64,000 nt of DNA from Octopus sinensis (Eukaryota). Numbering within the stretch: position 1 is the first letter of the stretch; each line of letters starts with the position of its first letter. Both the position numbers and the translations under genes were made by a program. The stretch is from positions 36,890,001 to 36,954,000 of the forward strand of contig NC_043015.1 in the NCBI RefSeq assembly GCF_006345805.1, in the 5' to 3' direction. Below are positions 25,635-39,989 of this stretch, in pieces. The notes below the pieces were generated by a model, which worked only from the letters and a program-made list of their open reading frames with translations, ran no database searches and was not told where the DNA came from.

Positions 25635-26638
25635 TTGTGTCTATGTGTTTCGTCTCTCTATGTGTTCGACGTCTTTTTGGTGTCCTGTACACATATATGC
25701 GTGTATATGTACATGTAGAGGTAGGTACGTACATATATGTTTATATATATGCATATGTTCTATTTTATTAACATATTATACGACTAAACGCACGCACCCT
25801 ATTAAGTAAGATTGTTCTGTTTATCAAGTTAGCCTTGATATTAACTCTCACGCGACTCTGCATCTTTCTTTCTTTCTCTCCCATTCCCTTTTTCGTCTTT
25901 TTTTCCTCACTTAACTTGTCTCTTCCTCTCTCTCTCATTCTTCATTCTCTCTCTCCCTTTCACCATTCTTCATGGTCTCCTCGCACCATTCCCCTTCTTC
26001 TCTCTCTTCCTCTTGCTCCTCCTCCCCCATTCCCGTCGTCCATCTGCGACGATACTTCCGTCGTAACTGCTAGCCTGTCTTTTCTCGCCCGCCTTCTAAG
26101 GCTACTGGTCGACACATTTTCTCTCTATCGTCGTCCACGATAATCCAGCGTTTGCAATACTTTTTTCGTCTGGCGTTAAGAGCCCTTCTTATCTTGTTCT
26201 CCTTGTCCTGTCTCTCACTGTTATATATTTATTTTTCCACTGTTTATATATATATTTTTTACTGTTTATATGTTTGTACTGTCGTTACCGTCTTGCTTTT
26301 TTTTACCCCTCTGCGAAAAGATCTCAGAATTTTAATTGATTTGCTTTTCGCGGGAAGGAAGTTTTCTTCGAAGTATACGTCTCGCTTTTATCCTTCGAAA
26401 CGTTTAGTAGATGAAACCTTAGCGACTGAAGAAGGGGATTTTTCGTTGTGCTTATTGTCCTGTATCTCTCTCTTTTTTTTGCTTGTCTTGTTCCTTGGTT
26501 TGTGTCTATGTGTTTCGTCTCTCTATGTGTTCGACGTCTTTTTGGTGTCCTGTACACATATATGCGTGTATATGTACATGTAGAGGTAGGTACGTACATA
26601 TATGTTTATATATATGCATATGTTTCTATTTTATTAAC

Positions 26639-26639
<1 letters not shown>
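25635..26639 (+). mobile_element. About 1-kb non-coding element with 139-bp terminal direct repeats (PLE pLTR-like partial tandem)
   Basis: 25635-25773 and 26500-26639 are identical except for a 1-nt indel. (TA)n on both flanks. Pyrimidine-rich interior. Confidence 0.7.
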
Positions 26640-26677
<38 letters not shown>

Positions 26678-26875
26678 CATGTGTGCATATACATCATATA
26701 TATATTTTTTTATATAAATATATATACCATATGATTTTTCTTAGAGAAATATTATTTTTCTTCTACTGCAAAATGCCTCTGGGCTGCGAGTTGCACTAAA
26801 ATTTTTACGATAGATTATTTTTATTTTTCAGAACTTTCCAGTAACATGTGATTTCTCTCCTTCTAACTCTCCCTC

Positions 26876-26912
<37 letters not shown>

Positions 26913-27091
26913 CCCTGTAGTTATCTAGCTATTGTGTGTGTAAGCTCATCTTTTCAAAACACAACTTGCATTTTTACAGTAAGTCTCACATAAAAATTAT
27001 TCCTAGGCGAGTAGACATTTTTGTATTCATACTTCTGAATTTATATATATATACGTGTGTGGTGTATGTGTGGTGTGGTGTGTGTGTGTGT

Positions 27092-27136
<45 letters not shown>

Positions 27137-27456
27137 TATAACACACGTATATATATGTATGTAATATGTAGCATTCATCATAATCGCTACATTAAATTTG
27201 TACACCTGAGGAAAGTCTCCACTTCAACACACACTTATACGTAACACTGAAATACATATCTTCCTTTCTACATATACATGTACGCATATGAGTTAACGAT
27301 TCAATGTAAGTGGTAGAGCCAACATGAGCAAAATTTCAGGTTCGTCGTTTGCACAAACGAAGAAAACAAATGAATTTAAAACTTCACTAAAGACGTTCCA
27401 GACACATTCTTTATTGATGAATTGTTCGATCACAATGTGCGTATATGACGTGTGTG

Positions 27457-27536
<80 letters not shown>

Positions 27537-27786
27537 CTGTATGCACGCGCGCGCGTGTGACTTATATGTACGCACGCACACATAAATATATGTACATATT
27601 CTTTCTACGTTGCTTTGTGAGGGTCACGGACATAATAAACTCATTCCTTATTTTTTATTCTTTCGAAACGTAAATGATTCTCTCACCTTCACGAGCGTTC
27701 GGCTGACACACATGTTTGTTGTTTATGCTCCTGTCTTTGTCATTTGTTTTTCTGTAACTTCCAAATGTATTTAGGTTTGCCTATAA

Positions 27787-28055
27787 GCGCAGGAGTGGCT
27801 GTGTGGTAAGAAGCTTGCTTCCCACCCACAAAGTTCCGGGTTTAGTCCCCAATGTAAATCTTGCGTAAGTGTGTTCTACTATTGCCTCGGGGTGATCAAA
27901 GCCTTGTGAGTGGATTTCGTAGACAGAAACTGGAGGAAGCCCTTCGTATAGATACATGTATATATATATGTGTATATGCGTATGTATGTGTGGTTATCTC
28001 CCCCACCCTCACCATCGCTTGTGAGCCGATGCTGGTGTGTTTACGTCCCCGTAAA
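27787..28055 (+). mobile_element. tRNA-derived SINE, family E (3'-truncated)
   Basis: Head GCGCAGGAGTGGCTGTGTGGTAAGAAGCTTGCTTCC, body AAAGCCTTGTGAGTGGATTT...GAAACTG...GAAGCCC. Matches the 47140, 49935 and 57170 copies. Confidence 0.85.
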
Positions 28056-28479
28056 ATACATACACACGCACACACAAACACCAATGTAAAGTCCCTCTGC
28101 AATGGGCATATTTACCAGCACAAACATTTCCCTCCATAGCGTCACCATTATGTCTATAAAACTAACGAAGCGCTCCGCATTTTCACGTCTGTGCTTTACA
28201 CGGCACAATATGATGTTTGCCTTGGAAGCGTCACTTGATCCTGTAAACACACAAGATGTAGATTTTAAACACAATTCTATCCCCGTTAAAGCTTAAGTAC
28301 ATATATATGCTAATATTTTATGTCCTTCTGTTTATCGTCTTTTATAAACTGAAAAATATGTTTTACGTCGGATTTTAATTCTATTTTTACCATTTTTTAT
28401 ATATATATATATTTAAACTCTCCAGAAACACTTAATATTTCATAACTCGCGATTCAAAATATATTATTTTCATTTTAAC

Positions 28480-28602
28480 GTTATTGCCGTTATTACTGTT
28501 ATTATTGTTGTTGTTTTTGTTGTTTCTGTTATTGTTGTTGCTGTTGTTCGTACTATTGTTATTATTTATCATCGTCGTCATCATCATTATTATTATCGTC
28601 AC

Positions 28603-28634
<32 letters not shown>

Positions 28635-28643
28635 GTATTGTTA

Positions 28644-28699
<56 letters not shown>

Positions 28700-28955
28700 G
28701 TTATTATTATTATTATTATTGTTGTTGTTGTTGTTGTTGTTATTATTATTATTATTTTTTTATTGTTATTGTTATTGTTATTATTATTATTATTGTTGTT
28801 GTTGTTGTTATTATTATTATTGTTATTATTTTTATTGTTATTGTTATTATTATTATTGTTGTTGTTGTTGTTGTTATTATTATTATTATTATTATTATTG
28901 TTGTTGTTCTTGTTATTATTATTATAGTCATCATTAATATTGTTGTTATTATTAT
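28480..28955. repeat. (ATT)n/(GTT)n microsatellite block
   Basis: Direct inspection. Confidence 0.97.
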
Positions 28956-29293
28956 TGTGCATTTCTTTGTTTTTCCTCTCAGGATCCCTTTTTGCTTTAT
29001 GTATTGATGGATTAATTCTATTATTTCCCATTTGTCTCTTTGAGGGATTATAACATCAATATTCCCTCCCTCACTCTCACTGTTTTCTATACCTCTCCCT
29101 CCCTCTCAGTGTTTTCCTCTCCCTCTCTCTACATCCCTCCCTCCTTTCCTTTCTCCCGTCCCTCTCACACTCACTTTCAGTGTTGTTGTTGCTGTCACGG
29201 AGGTAACCCTTTAAAACAGTAAGCCAGGCTTTTTTTTTTTTATATTTCACGAAACACAAATAATAATAATGATGATGATAATAATAATAATAA

Positions 29294-29332
<39 letters not shown>

Positions 29333-29590
29333 CGTGATGATGATGATAATGATGATGATGATGATGATGATGATGACGGCGTTGATGATCCTTATGCAGC
29401 TATAAAGAAGCTGGGAGAAGAGGCAGGAGAATTAGAAGCAGAAGCAAGAATGAGTATAAGGAAGAGGTGAGGAAATAGAGGAAGGAGGAACAGTTATAAA
29501 TTTTCCTGAACACATGTAATGTTTTGTATGCATATACATAACGACACACATCTACATCTATACATATATTCGTATATATGTGTGTGTGTA

Positions 29591-29629
<39 letters not shown>

Positions 29630-29654
<25 letters not shown>

Positions 29655-31363
29655 ACACATATGTAGGAGAGTGGCTGTGTGGGTGTATGCTTAAATTACA
29701 CAAGCCAGGTAAAGAGGCAGTCTCTTTGGAAATGATTGATAGGTAAATTACTTTTAAATTGGGTAAAACCGTTCGGATATGGAATGGAGTTTTGTAATAA
29801 TATTTTATTTTCTCTATTGAAAAATCCTTTAAAATCTTTAAATTTCAGAATGTACAGGTAGTAAAATAGAATTTGTAGAAGAATATGAAGTAAAAAGAAA
29901 CGGAAAATATTAAAATATTAGATTTAAATAATATATCTCAGTTTTTACCACTCTATAATTTATTATCACAATTCGAAATAATAATAATTTGAGAAAATCG
30001 CTTTCAGAATATTGAAAATTGATGCACTTTCATTCAACATTAATGCAGTTATATTCTGAAATCTCGCAATATATATCTCCGAAGAACAGGAAATCTATTT
30101 AACAAATTTGGGGAGCAGCTTTTTGTAATTTCATTTGTCACTTCAGTGCTTTGAGTCTTTTCATGATTTTGTCTCCTGATTGAAGGCAGTTTTTATAAGC
30201 ATTTCTATCGTTATCCGTACTGCGAGTTAATAACTTTCTCGAATTATTTAATCATCATGATATGGATTTTTAGGTTTTTCAGAAGTATTAAATATATATA
30301 AGCTGCGTGTATATAACCCAGATGAATGACACGTATATAGCCTTTTAAAATATACGAAACGGGGATGTCGATGATGTATCAAATAGATTTAGTGGAAGCT
30401 GATTGTATATATTTCAAAGATTGCATTGTTTCCATGGCAATGATTATTATGGCAGGTGAACAAACCTCTCTTCTGACGTATATTGCATTTGAGGGTGGTG
30501 GTGGTGTAACACTTCCATTTAGAACAGATGTATAACAACTTCTGTACGCTCTAATTTCATCATATTTTCTAGATTTTATTATATGTGTATCAGACTCCGT
30601 AAAATGTGTCAGGACAGAAGCCACTGTTTATCCTGATAATGTATATGAGATAGTCAGGAAAAATGTTAAATATGAAGTGCAGACATATATTTCAATATGT
30701 TTTTTAATGAATTATGTGGATCTGATGATACACAGGTGGGCAAAATGTTAAAGTAAATTTAAAGAAATATGTTGTAAGCAATATTACCAAATTTATTTAT
30801 ACTCCTTCGTTATACTCGTATCAGTACGTGGATACGCTCCTCTATGGAGACGCACTTAGCTTTGCAAACTGGCACTAACCATTGACCGGTTTTTCCTTGA
30901 CCGGATTTCCTCCACCACACTTAAGTTACCTACTGTACTTATCGTTCATCCGTTGAAGAACTAGCATCCGAAACGCCAAACCATTTCCTCTCAACTATGA
31001 ACGTTAAACTAAAACAATATTTGTTAAAATTTTCTTTCCTGAAATGTCTTTTTTATTTGACTCTTTTTTATTGAACTCACAATATATATATATGTTCATG
31101 TGTGTATGAGTTTGCGCCATTTTGTATGCTAATTGTATGCATGGCATATATACGTACACAATCTTCCTTGTGATCCTCAGTTATTCTAAGGAAATATTAC
31201 TGTTATATTCTAACATGAATGCAGCAAGATCAATCGCATTAATAATTTCTGTATATTTGGATTTCCTTTTTCATTCTTACTTATGTACTACATACACGCT
31301 TGCTAATGCACTGCATACACGTACACTCGTATACATAGATATATGTGTGCGTGTGGGTGCATA

Positions 31364-31434
<71 letters not shown>

Positions 31435-33170
31435 GTATGTATACACATATGTAGGAGAGTGGCTGTGTGGGTGTATGCTTAAATTACACAAGCCAGGTAA
31501 AGAGGCAGTCTCTTTGGAAATGATTGATAGGTAAATTACTTTTAAATTGGGTAAAACCGTTCGGATATGGAATGGAGTTTTGTAATAATATTTTATTTTC
31601 TCTATTGAAAAATCCTTTAAAATCTTTAAATTTCAGAATGTACAGGTAGTAAAATAGAATTTGTAGAAGAATATGAAGTAAAAAGAAACGGAAAATATTA
31701 AAATATTAGATTTAAATAATATATCTCAGTTTTTACCACTCTATAATTTATTATCACAATTCGAAATAATAATAATTTGAGAAAATCGCTTTCAGAATAT
31801 TGAAAATTGATGCACTTTCATTCAACATTAATGCAGTTATATTCTGAAATCTCGCAATATATATCTCCGAAGAACAGGAAATCTATTTAACAAATTTGGG
31901 GAGCAGCTTTTTGTAATTTCATTTGTCACTTCAGTGCTTTGAGTCTTTTCATGATTTTGTCTCCTGATTGAAGGCAGTTTTTATAAGCATTTCTATCGTT
32001 ATCCGTACTGCGAGTTAATAACTTTCTCGAATTATTTAATCATCATGATATGGATTTTTAGGTTTTTCAGAAGTATTAAATATATATAAGCTGCGTGTAT
32101 ATAACCCAGATGAATGACACGTATATAGCCTTTTAAAATATACGAAACGGGGATGTCGATGATGTATCAAATAGATTTAGTGGAAGCTGATTGTATATAT
32201 TTCAAAGATTGCATTGTTTCCATGGCAATGATTATTATGGCAGGTGAACAAACCTCTCTTCTGACGTATATTGCATTTGAGGGTGGTGGTGTAACACTTC
32301 CATTTAGAACAGATGTATAACAACTTCTGTACGCTCTAATTTCATCATATTTTCTAGATTTTATTATATGTGTATCAGACTCCGTAAAATGTGTCAGGAC
32401 AGAAGCCACTGTTTATCCTGATAATGTATATGAGATAGTCAGGAAAAATGTTAAATATGAAGTGCAGACATATATTTCAATATGTTTTTTAATGAATTAT
32501 GTGGATCTGATGATACACAGGTGGGCAAAATGTTAAAGTAAATTTAAAGAAATATGTTGTAAGCAATATTACCAAATTTATTTATACTCCTTCGTTATAC
32601 TCGTATCAGTACGTGGATACGCTCCTCTATGGAGACGCACTTAGCTTTGCAAACTGGCACTTAACCATTGACCGGTTTTTCCTTGACCGGATTTCCTCCA
32701 CCACACTTAAGTTACCTACTGTACTTATCGTTCATCCGTTGAAGAACTAGCATCCGAAACGCCAAACCATTTCCTCTCAACTATGAACGTTAAACTAAAA
32801 CAATATTTGTTAAAATTTTCTTTCCTGAAATGTCTTTTTTATTTGACTCTTTTTTATTGAACTCACAATATATATATATGTTCATGTGTGTATGAGTTTG
32901 CGCCATTTTGTATGCTAATTGTATGCATGGCATATATACGTACACAATCTTCCTTGTGATCCTCAGTTATTCTAAGGAAATATTACTGTTATATTCTAAC
33001 ATGAATGCAGCAAGATCAATCGCATTAATAATTTCTGTATATTTGGATTTCCTTTTTCATTCTTACTTATGTACTACATACACGCTTGCTAATGCACTGC
33101 ATACACGTACACTCGTATACATAGATATATGTGTGCGTGTGGGTGCATATATATGTATATATATATGTAT
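29630..33170. repeat. Near-identical tandem duplication, unit about 1788 bp
   Basis: 29630-31420 and 31421-33170 align almost base for base (for example ORFs 30379 and 32167). Differences seen are one GGT unit, a 1-nt indel and microsatellite length. Junctions lie in TA/TATG repeats. Confidence 0.97.
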
Positions 33171-33544
33171 ATATATATGTCTGTATATATGTATGCATAT
33201 ATGTATATATGTATGCATATATGTATATATGCACGCATTTCCATGAATATAAATACGCATGCGCAAAGTGTTTTTTCTTTCTCTACATATTATCGATTAA
33301 TATTTTCATTCGTTCAAAAATTTTTGGAAGTTAAAAAGTAACATTTGTATATCTTTGTATAAATATATTTTATTACACTTTCCTCCCCAAAATCTCCACT
33401 ATTTTTGAAGATCCTGGCTTTATCTAAGTAAAAATGATATACATAAACAATCGTGTAAAGATCTACGTTTTGAGCTATTGAGAACACTGTATTTGTAAGA
33501 ATATAATATGAGCATGATATATATGTGTGTCTGTCTGTGTGTGT

Positions 33545-33686
33545 GTGTGTGTGTGTGCGTGTATGGGAATTCATAACTCTATGTACGTGTAACGCATATT
33601 AATTACTGTATTTACATATGTATTCATCTGTGTGTCCATATATACATTTATATATCTTTACATTATATATATATATATACATACAC

Positions 33687-33724
<38 letters not shown>

Positions 33725-33870
33725 ATGGGAATTCATAACTCTATGTACGTGTAACGCATATTAATTACTGTATTTACATATGTATTCATCTGTGTGTCCA
33801 TATATACATTTATATATCTTTACATTATATATATATATATACATACACGTGCGTGTGTGTGTGTGTGTGT
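33545..33870. repeat. 162-bp tandem duplication bounded by (GT)n
   Basis: ATGGGAATTCATAACTC... begins at both 33563 and 33725, and the copies are identical. Confidence 0.95.
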
Positions 33871-34365
33871 AAGTAAGTGTGTGTGTGTGTGTGCGTCACT
33901 ACATACGCGTCAGTGGTTGTTTTTCTCAATACACATTGATTCACATTGTTGTCATTATATTGTGGAATAAACGTTATTACATGCAGTTCTGACTCTACAG
34001 TCACATGAAGTAGAAATAAAATGTGCCTGTAGATTTTAGGGCAGTTTATACGCAGTCATGTGGACATTTATATAGCTACAGAAATTACTAACCTACATTG
34101 ACGTAAATTCCCGGAACCACCCATTGTGACTAAATCTTTCTCTTATTACATTGTTTATCCATTTGTGCAATGTGCTTGCGAAAATTAATGTTTCACTTGT
34201 ACAACGACACGTACAAGGAAGTGCGTATCTACCATCATCGCATGAGAACGCGTACGTAAGCACGCAAATCATGTACACATGTCCTTAGATATATTTAAGA
34301 AAAATGCATAGATATATATGTATATATAAATATACATATACATATATATATATGTATATATATAT

Positions 34366-34535
34366 ACCGGAGTAAACACATAAATGTGAAACAAGGTGGA
34401 AAAAAGAGTACTCAAATACCAGTGGTAGAGTAATATGATATATCGGTTCCATTCTAGCAAAAACTGTCTGATGAACGGCAACGAGAAACTCAGAGTAACA
34501 GATTTTGTTGAATTTTCTGCTGCTTTAAATAAAGT
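34366..34535 (+). mobile_element. PLE terminal fragment, family F
   Basis: Short unique block between (TA)n tracts that contains a hammerhead. Its 3' part recurs at 47071-47112. Confidence 0.65.
34464..34501 (+). ncRNA. Minimal type I hammerhead ribozyme
   Basis: CUGU-CUGAUGA-ACG-GCAA-CGA-GAAA-CUC-A-GAG-UA-ACAG. Stem I is CUGU/ACAG, stem II is GNRA-capped with an A-A mismatch at its base, helix III is near-palindromic, and the triplet is GUA. Confidence 0.75.
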
Positions 34536-34642
34536 ATATATATATATATATATGCATACATATTTTTATGTATAAATGGATTTCGCCAGAGGCTGAGCTG
34601 GTGATCGAACAACGGCTTACAGCGTTCTTAGCCTCCTCTCGG

Positions 34643-34678
<36 letters not shown>

Positions 34679-37600
34679 AACAAACAGTGAGGGTACCATC
34701 AATCTGGGGAAAATAATCCATAAGATCTCTGTTGGCACACGAGGCTAGCGATGTTATTTAATGAAGGACTCCGTGTAATATTTTGGTAGGGTCCCACCTC
34801 AGGATTTACCACGATTCTATATGGTAAATCTGTGGATGGGTTCCAGACACGTTGGTTTTTAGACAGAGGGATATATAAGAAACAATTTGAAATAATGGTC
34901 ACTACATGTACCTCCTTTAGTAAAGCAAATTTAGCTTACAGCTGTTTCCAGTAGTCATTATATGTAGATCTATGGATCAAGCGAGGTAAGTGATCAATAC
35001 CTCAATCGATCCATAGACCAAATCAATAAACCCCACTACACGTACTACTGGAAGCAGCCCTAAGACAAGTTTAATATAATAAAGTAATTATATGCAATGG
35101 CCAATATTTTAACTTGTCTTTCATATTGATACACACACACACACATATATATATATATACACACACACACACATATATATAAATATATGTATATATATGT
35201 ATATATTTATACACACACACACAATGTTGATATCTATGGTGTATATTTACATACCTATATACTGCCTCTCTATATGTACATTTGTACATATTATACACCA
35301 AATGTTAAGTGTTCACAGATATTTATACATTCATGCGTCTATATTCTTGAATACACACTTCTAGCTTTTTGCTATAGTGCATATACACTGCGATATTGTT
35401 TACCTGAGAACTGGAGAGATTTTTCTTGCTGTTCGTAAAAAGAAAAGATAGTTCAAGTTTAAACATACAAATATGTACTTACGTACATATGTACGTATGT
35501 ATGCATATATGATTGTATGTGTGTATGTATTCAGGAAAAGAATCTTAACACATGCACTTATTGAATAACAAAAATCGAAGAACAAATTACAACAGATGCT
35601 ATTTTCGAATAGTCTTTTGATATATTATTTTCTATAAGCACAGTACTTCCACTTGTTAAAATACAAGAGAAAAATCAACATCATTCTGAAACATATGAAA
35701 AGCAAAAGTTATGGACTTCTTTAACGCATGCGACTACTGTTGTACTCCTGTTTTTATAATCCTTCTCTTCTAAAATAATTTTTTAGGAATGTTTATTGTA
35801 TACTTATGAAAATATATAGTTGTACCAAGAGTGTACTTGAAGTTATGAGCGCGCTCTTTACAACAATAGGCAAAAGAATTGCATAGAGATATTAACTGAA
35901 TATAGTTGGGAATCTTCCATAACAATGTTGATTTATTTTTTTGTTTGTAGAAGAAAGTATATAGCTTAAGATTTTGTGTTCGAAATAATGTTCGAAAAAG
36001 CTTAGATGCAGGAATCTAAACCGTTGCCTCATATTGCTAAGCAGGATGTTAACCGATAGAAAACGATAATTTCTAATGATTCAATTCATAAGTAATTGAA
36101 ACAACGCATTTCTACTATTCTTCTTCTATTTTGTATTCGACAAATTATTCATTCCGACCCATTGCGCTTGCATGATAGGTTATTCTGAAAATTGCCAGAA
36201 ATGTGAGCTTCACCGCAAATGATTGATGTTTGTAACAAGAGGTAAGATACATGAAAGAATCTTCTGGATTGCACCTCATGGCTCAAAGAAAATTTTCTAT
36301 ATTTTTTTAAAACGGATCTGTATTAAATAAATTTTGACTTCTAACTTAGTGATCTTTCCAAAACCTTAACACATGAACGAACCAATGACAAAGTATTCGC
36401 TATTTTGTCACTTGAGCTCCTAGTCTCAGATATAATATCCCCCATGTTTTAAGAATATATCTTTCTGGCGACTGTAGACAATGGAATCGTTTAAAACGTT
36501 GTGACCCAAACCCTGTTTGTGAAGACATGAGCATTTTCCCAAGGTTCCGAAGATATGAGGAAAAAGAGTTGGACATAATGGGCAAGGGCGTTTGGCGCCT
36601 CAATGCAACAAAGGAGAGAGAGACAAAAAAAGGGAAAGAGAGAGAAAGGGGAGAGAGAGAAAGGTGAGAGAGAGAGAAAGCACGGGTGAGTCAGAAGAGT
36701 GCCTGTGATAGAAAAAGAAGACCAGACATCTTCGAAGAGCCAAGGTCATTAAAGTAGCTATGGACAAGTTTGAACGGAATCAGTAAAAATGGGAGAGAGA
36801 ATATGAAGATGCACCTTAGTGACTGAGTTCTTCCTAATCAAATGTTCCTTCTGTTGGTTCGGTTCCGGATATCTACATATTTAGCCGAAGCACCGTCTCC
36901 TATATAGGAACAATACTGTCATTCCTTCTGATTGCCAACAACAATAGATTTTGTTGTCACTTTCATTCCTTTGCTTAGATCATTAAATTGTGATTTAATT
37001 AATAACTGGAAATTCTTTCTAGCAGTTTAAACTAGGACTTAGGATTTCAAGTGTTCCAGGGAAATATCAATGGAAATTTAAAAAACAGTGGAAGATTTAT
37101 TTTATAATCAACCAAATTTTTTTTAAATGGAAATATTTTATAAATCCATTGTGTCTTTAAACATTGTCAGAATGATGTCATACCTTCCGCAGAATATTAT
37201 CAAACACTTCTGTTATCTATAGATATTGGTCCTAAAATGATCAAAATAAGCGGCTTCCATTATGTATTAATGTTATAAAACAAAACATTATGAAACGAAA
37301 CAAGAACTTTGATATATAAAAAAACATTGTTTTTACAGTGAGTATGGCCTTCTGTGAAAGATTTAGTACCTTTTTCTAACCTCATATATCCTCGAGTAAC
37401 ACACGAAAATCAATTCCAACACCACTGTGAACCAAAAAGAAAAAGAAAAACAAGAAAAAATTCTCATTGCAAGACATTTTCCATGGTTTCCTTCCTTCAT
37501 TTACTTTTTAGAGTTCGCTTCGATGGAATAACATTATTCTTGTATTTTCTTATTCTTCATTACTATTTTTTCTCATATACTTTACGTTCACATCTACATT

Positions 37601-38316
37601 CACATCTTTTTCTTTTCTTGATATTTCAGTAATATTGTCTAAGTTTTTCTTATTTTTCGCCAAAGACGTATCAATTTTTTAAAAGTTTATTTTTCACTAT
37701 TTTCGTATTTTTCATTGTAATTCCTCAAGACAGAACAGGCTACTTCATACTTGTATATTCCTTCTTTTCTCTCGGAATCCAATGTGAAAATGGAAAAAAA
37801 ATATTAAAGTTCATGATAATAAAAAGCATGACGATGTTGCTGATGATGGTTACTATGATTATGATTATGATGATGATGATGATGATGATGATATGATGAT
37901 GATGTTAGTAGTAATGGTGTTGGTGATGATAAATAACAAAAGCAACAGCAGCAATAATAATAATAATAATAACAATAATAATAGTATAGTGTAATAATAA
38001 TAATAATAATAGTAATAATAATAATAGTATGGAGTAATAATAATAATAATAATATAATAATAGTAATAATAATAATAGTATAGAGTAATAATAATAATAA
38101 TAGTAATAATAATAATAATAATAATGATAATAATGATAATAATAATGATAATAATAATACAGCTAATCAATCACAAGATCGATTGTGTCTGTAAATATGT
38201 AATAGAATCGATAAGCATAAGTACGCACCACTTAGATTTATGCACTTACCATTGATTGGATGAAGAACAGAATCACATATAGATACATACAAATATATAT
38301 ATGTTCGTGTGTGTGC

Positions 38317-38355
<39 letters not shown>

Positions 38356-38582
38356 GGAATGTATTGTGAAAAAGGGAGAGAGGGATAGAAGCATTCTAAC
38401 AGAGAAAGGTAAATAACGCTTAATCTAAATAATAAAAACATAAAAATAAAAATGAAGGGGAAAAACAAATTAGAAACAGAGAAATATTGAATGTCTGTTA
38501 CAATCTATAAGTTATTTTGGAGAAAAAAAATGTACACAAAATAACTCTCACAATAATAATAATAATATTAATAATAATAATC

Positions 38583-38615
<33 letters not shown>

Positions 38616-39989
38616 GTGGTTGTTGTGGTGGTGGTGGTGGTGGTGTGTGGTATCTGTAGAGGTGGTAGTACTAGTAGTAGTAACTACATCAAGAGGAGTA
38701 GAAGAACATACCTTCACATACCTTCACACATACACACACGCACAACATACAGGCACATATATATCTATATATATATCATGTGTATTTATATATGTGTGTA
38801 TTTGCATGCATATGTATATATGTGTGTGTGTGTGTGTGTATGAAATTTGTTTCAAGCTTGTTAAGATTGGTACAATAAGTTGTTTCCTTACACAGTTTGA
38901 CTTTATGTAACAATCTAATATTTTTTTATCGTGTTTGTGTTCGTGCTTCTTTTGCGAGTTTCTTTGCAGCTAATAATGTCTGCGTTGATTTTATCATTTT
39001 CTTTAGACCGAAAGAATTCAAATTTATTCGGAATGTATTTGAGTTCGGTGCGTAATACTGGTGTAAGTTTTAGTAAGTTCATACTCTAGTTCAATGCAGA
39101 ATTTTGTCTCGTAAAAAGAGATTGATTTGCTGGGAATATAAACCGAATCTCTCTCTCATAAACGTGGATGTACCTCTTCGGCATGTTAACCCTGCTGTGA
39201 AGAACGAATGGCTGGCTGCTGGCTGCAGAACGCTTGACCAAAGGTCATCGAGCATTCAGGATTAAGTAGCAAAGTCGTCATCTTTGGTAACATCGTCGTC
39301 GTCGTCGTCATGATCACCCTCGTCACCTTTGACCCCAAACTACCGCCAAACTTAAAAACATTAACAACATCAATATCATATCACCATGTGTGCTAACACG
39401 ACAGCCATTATCGTCACCTAAACTACCAATGGCAACACACACATACACACACAGACAAGTCACACACACACACGCAAACAAACGCATTTAAAAAGGAATG
39501 GAGCTAAACGCAATATAAAACCAAAAAAGGAAAATTTCAAATTTCCCTAATAGTGACTTAGGGTGCGAGGTAGTCCTATATTGCTAGAAATAAGTGTTAA
39601 AGACCCTTATAGCTGCAAAAAAGCACATGTCTATGCAGTGACAGGTGAGATAAACACTCTACAGCAAGCGAGGTCATTATAGTTGCTAGTTACGCTTATC
39701 TCATCGATGGTGACGATTTCATTGCTGATGGTTAGGTTAAATGGCAGCTATTAGTAGATGGCGTTTACCACATGAATCAATGGTTGATTCAAGCAATGTG
39801 GTGAAGTGAAAGTCATAAAATAACAATGGCGGCTACACCCAATATCAAAGCAAGAAGGAAAATTTCATTTGGACTGAGGGTGCAGGGTAGCACCTATATT
39901 GCTAGAAACAAGAGTCAAACATCTTTATAACAACAAACATAACACAAGTCTATACAGGATATATATATATCATCTTCTATTCTTTTATT

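Noticed and set aside
30379-30624. 81-aa ORF present twice
   Set aside because: It is duplicated only because of the tandem duplication. No recognisable domain or convincing splice context.
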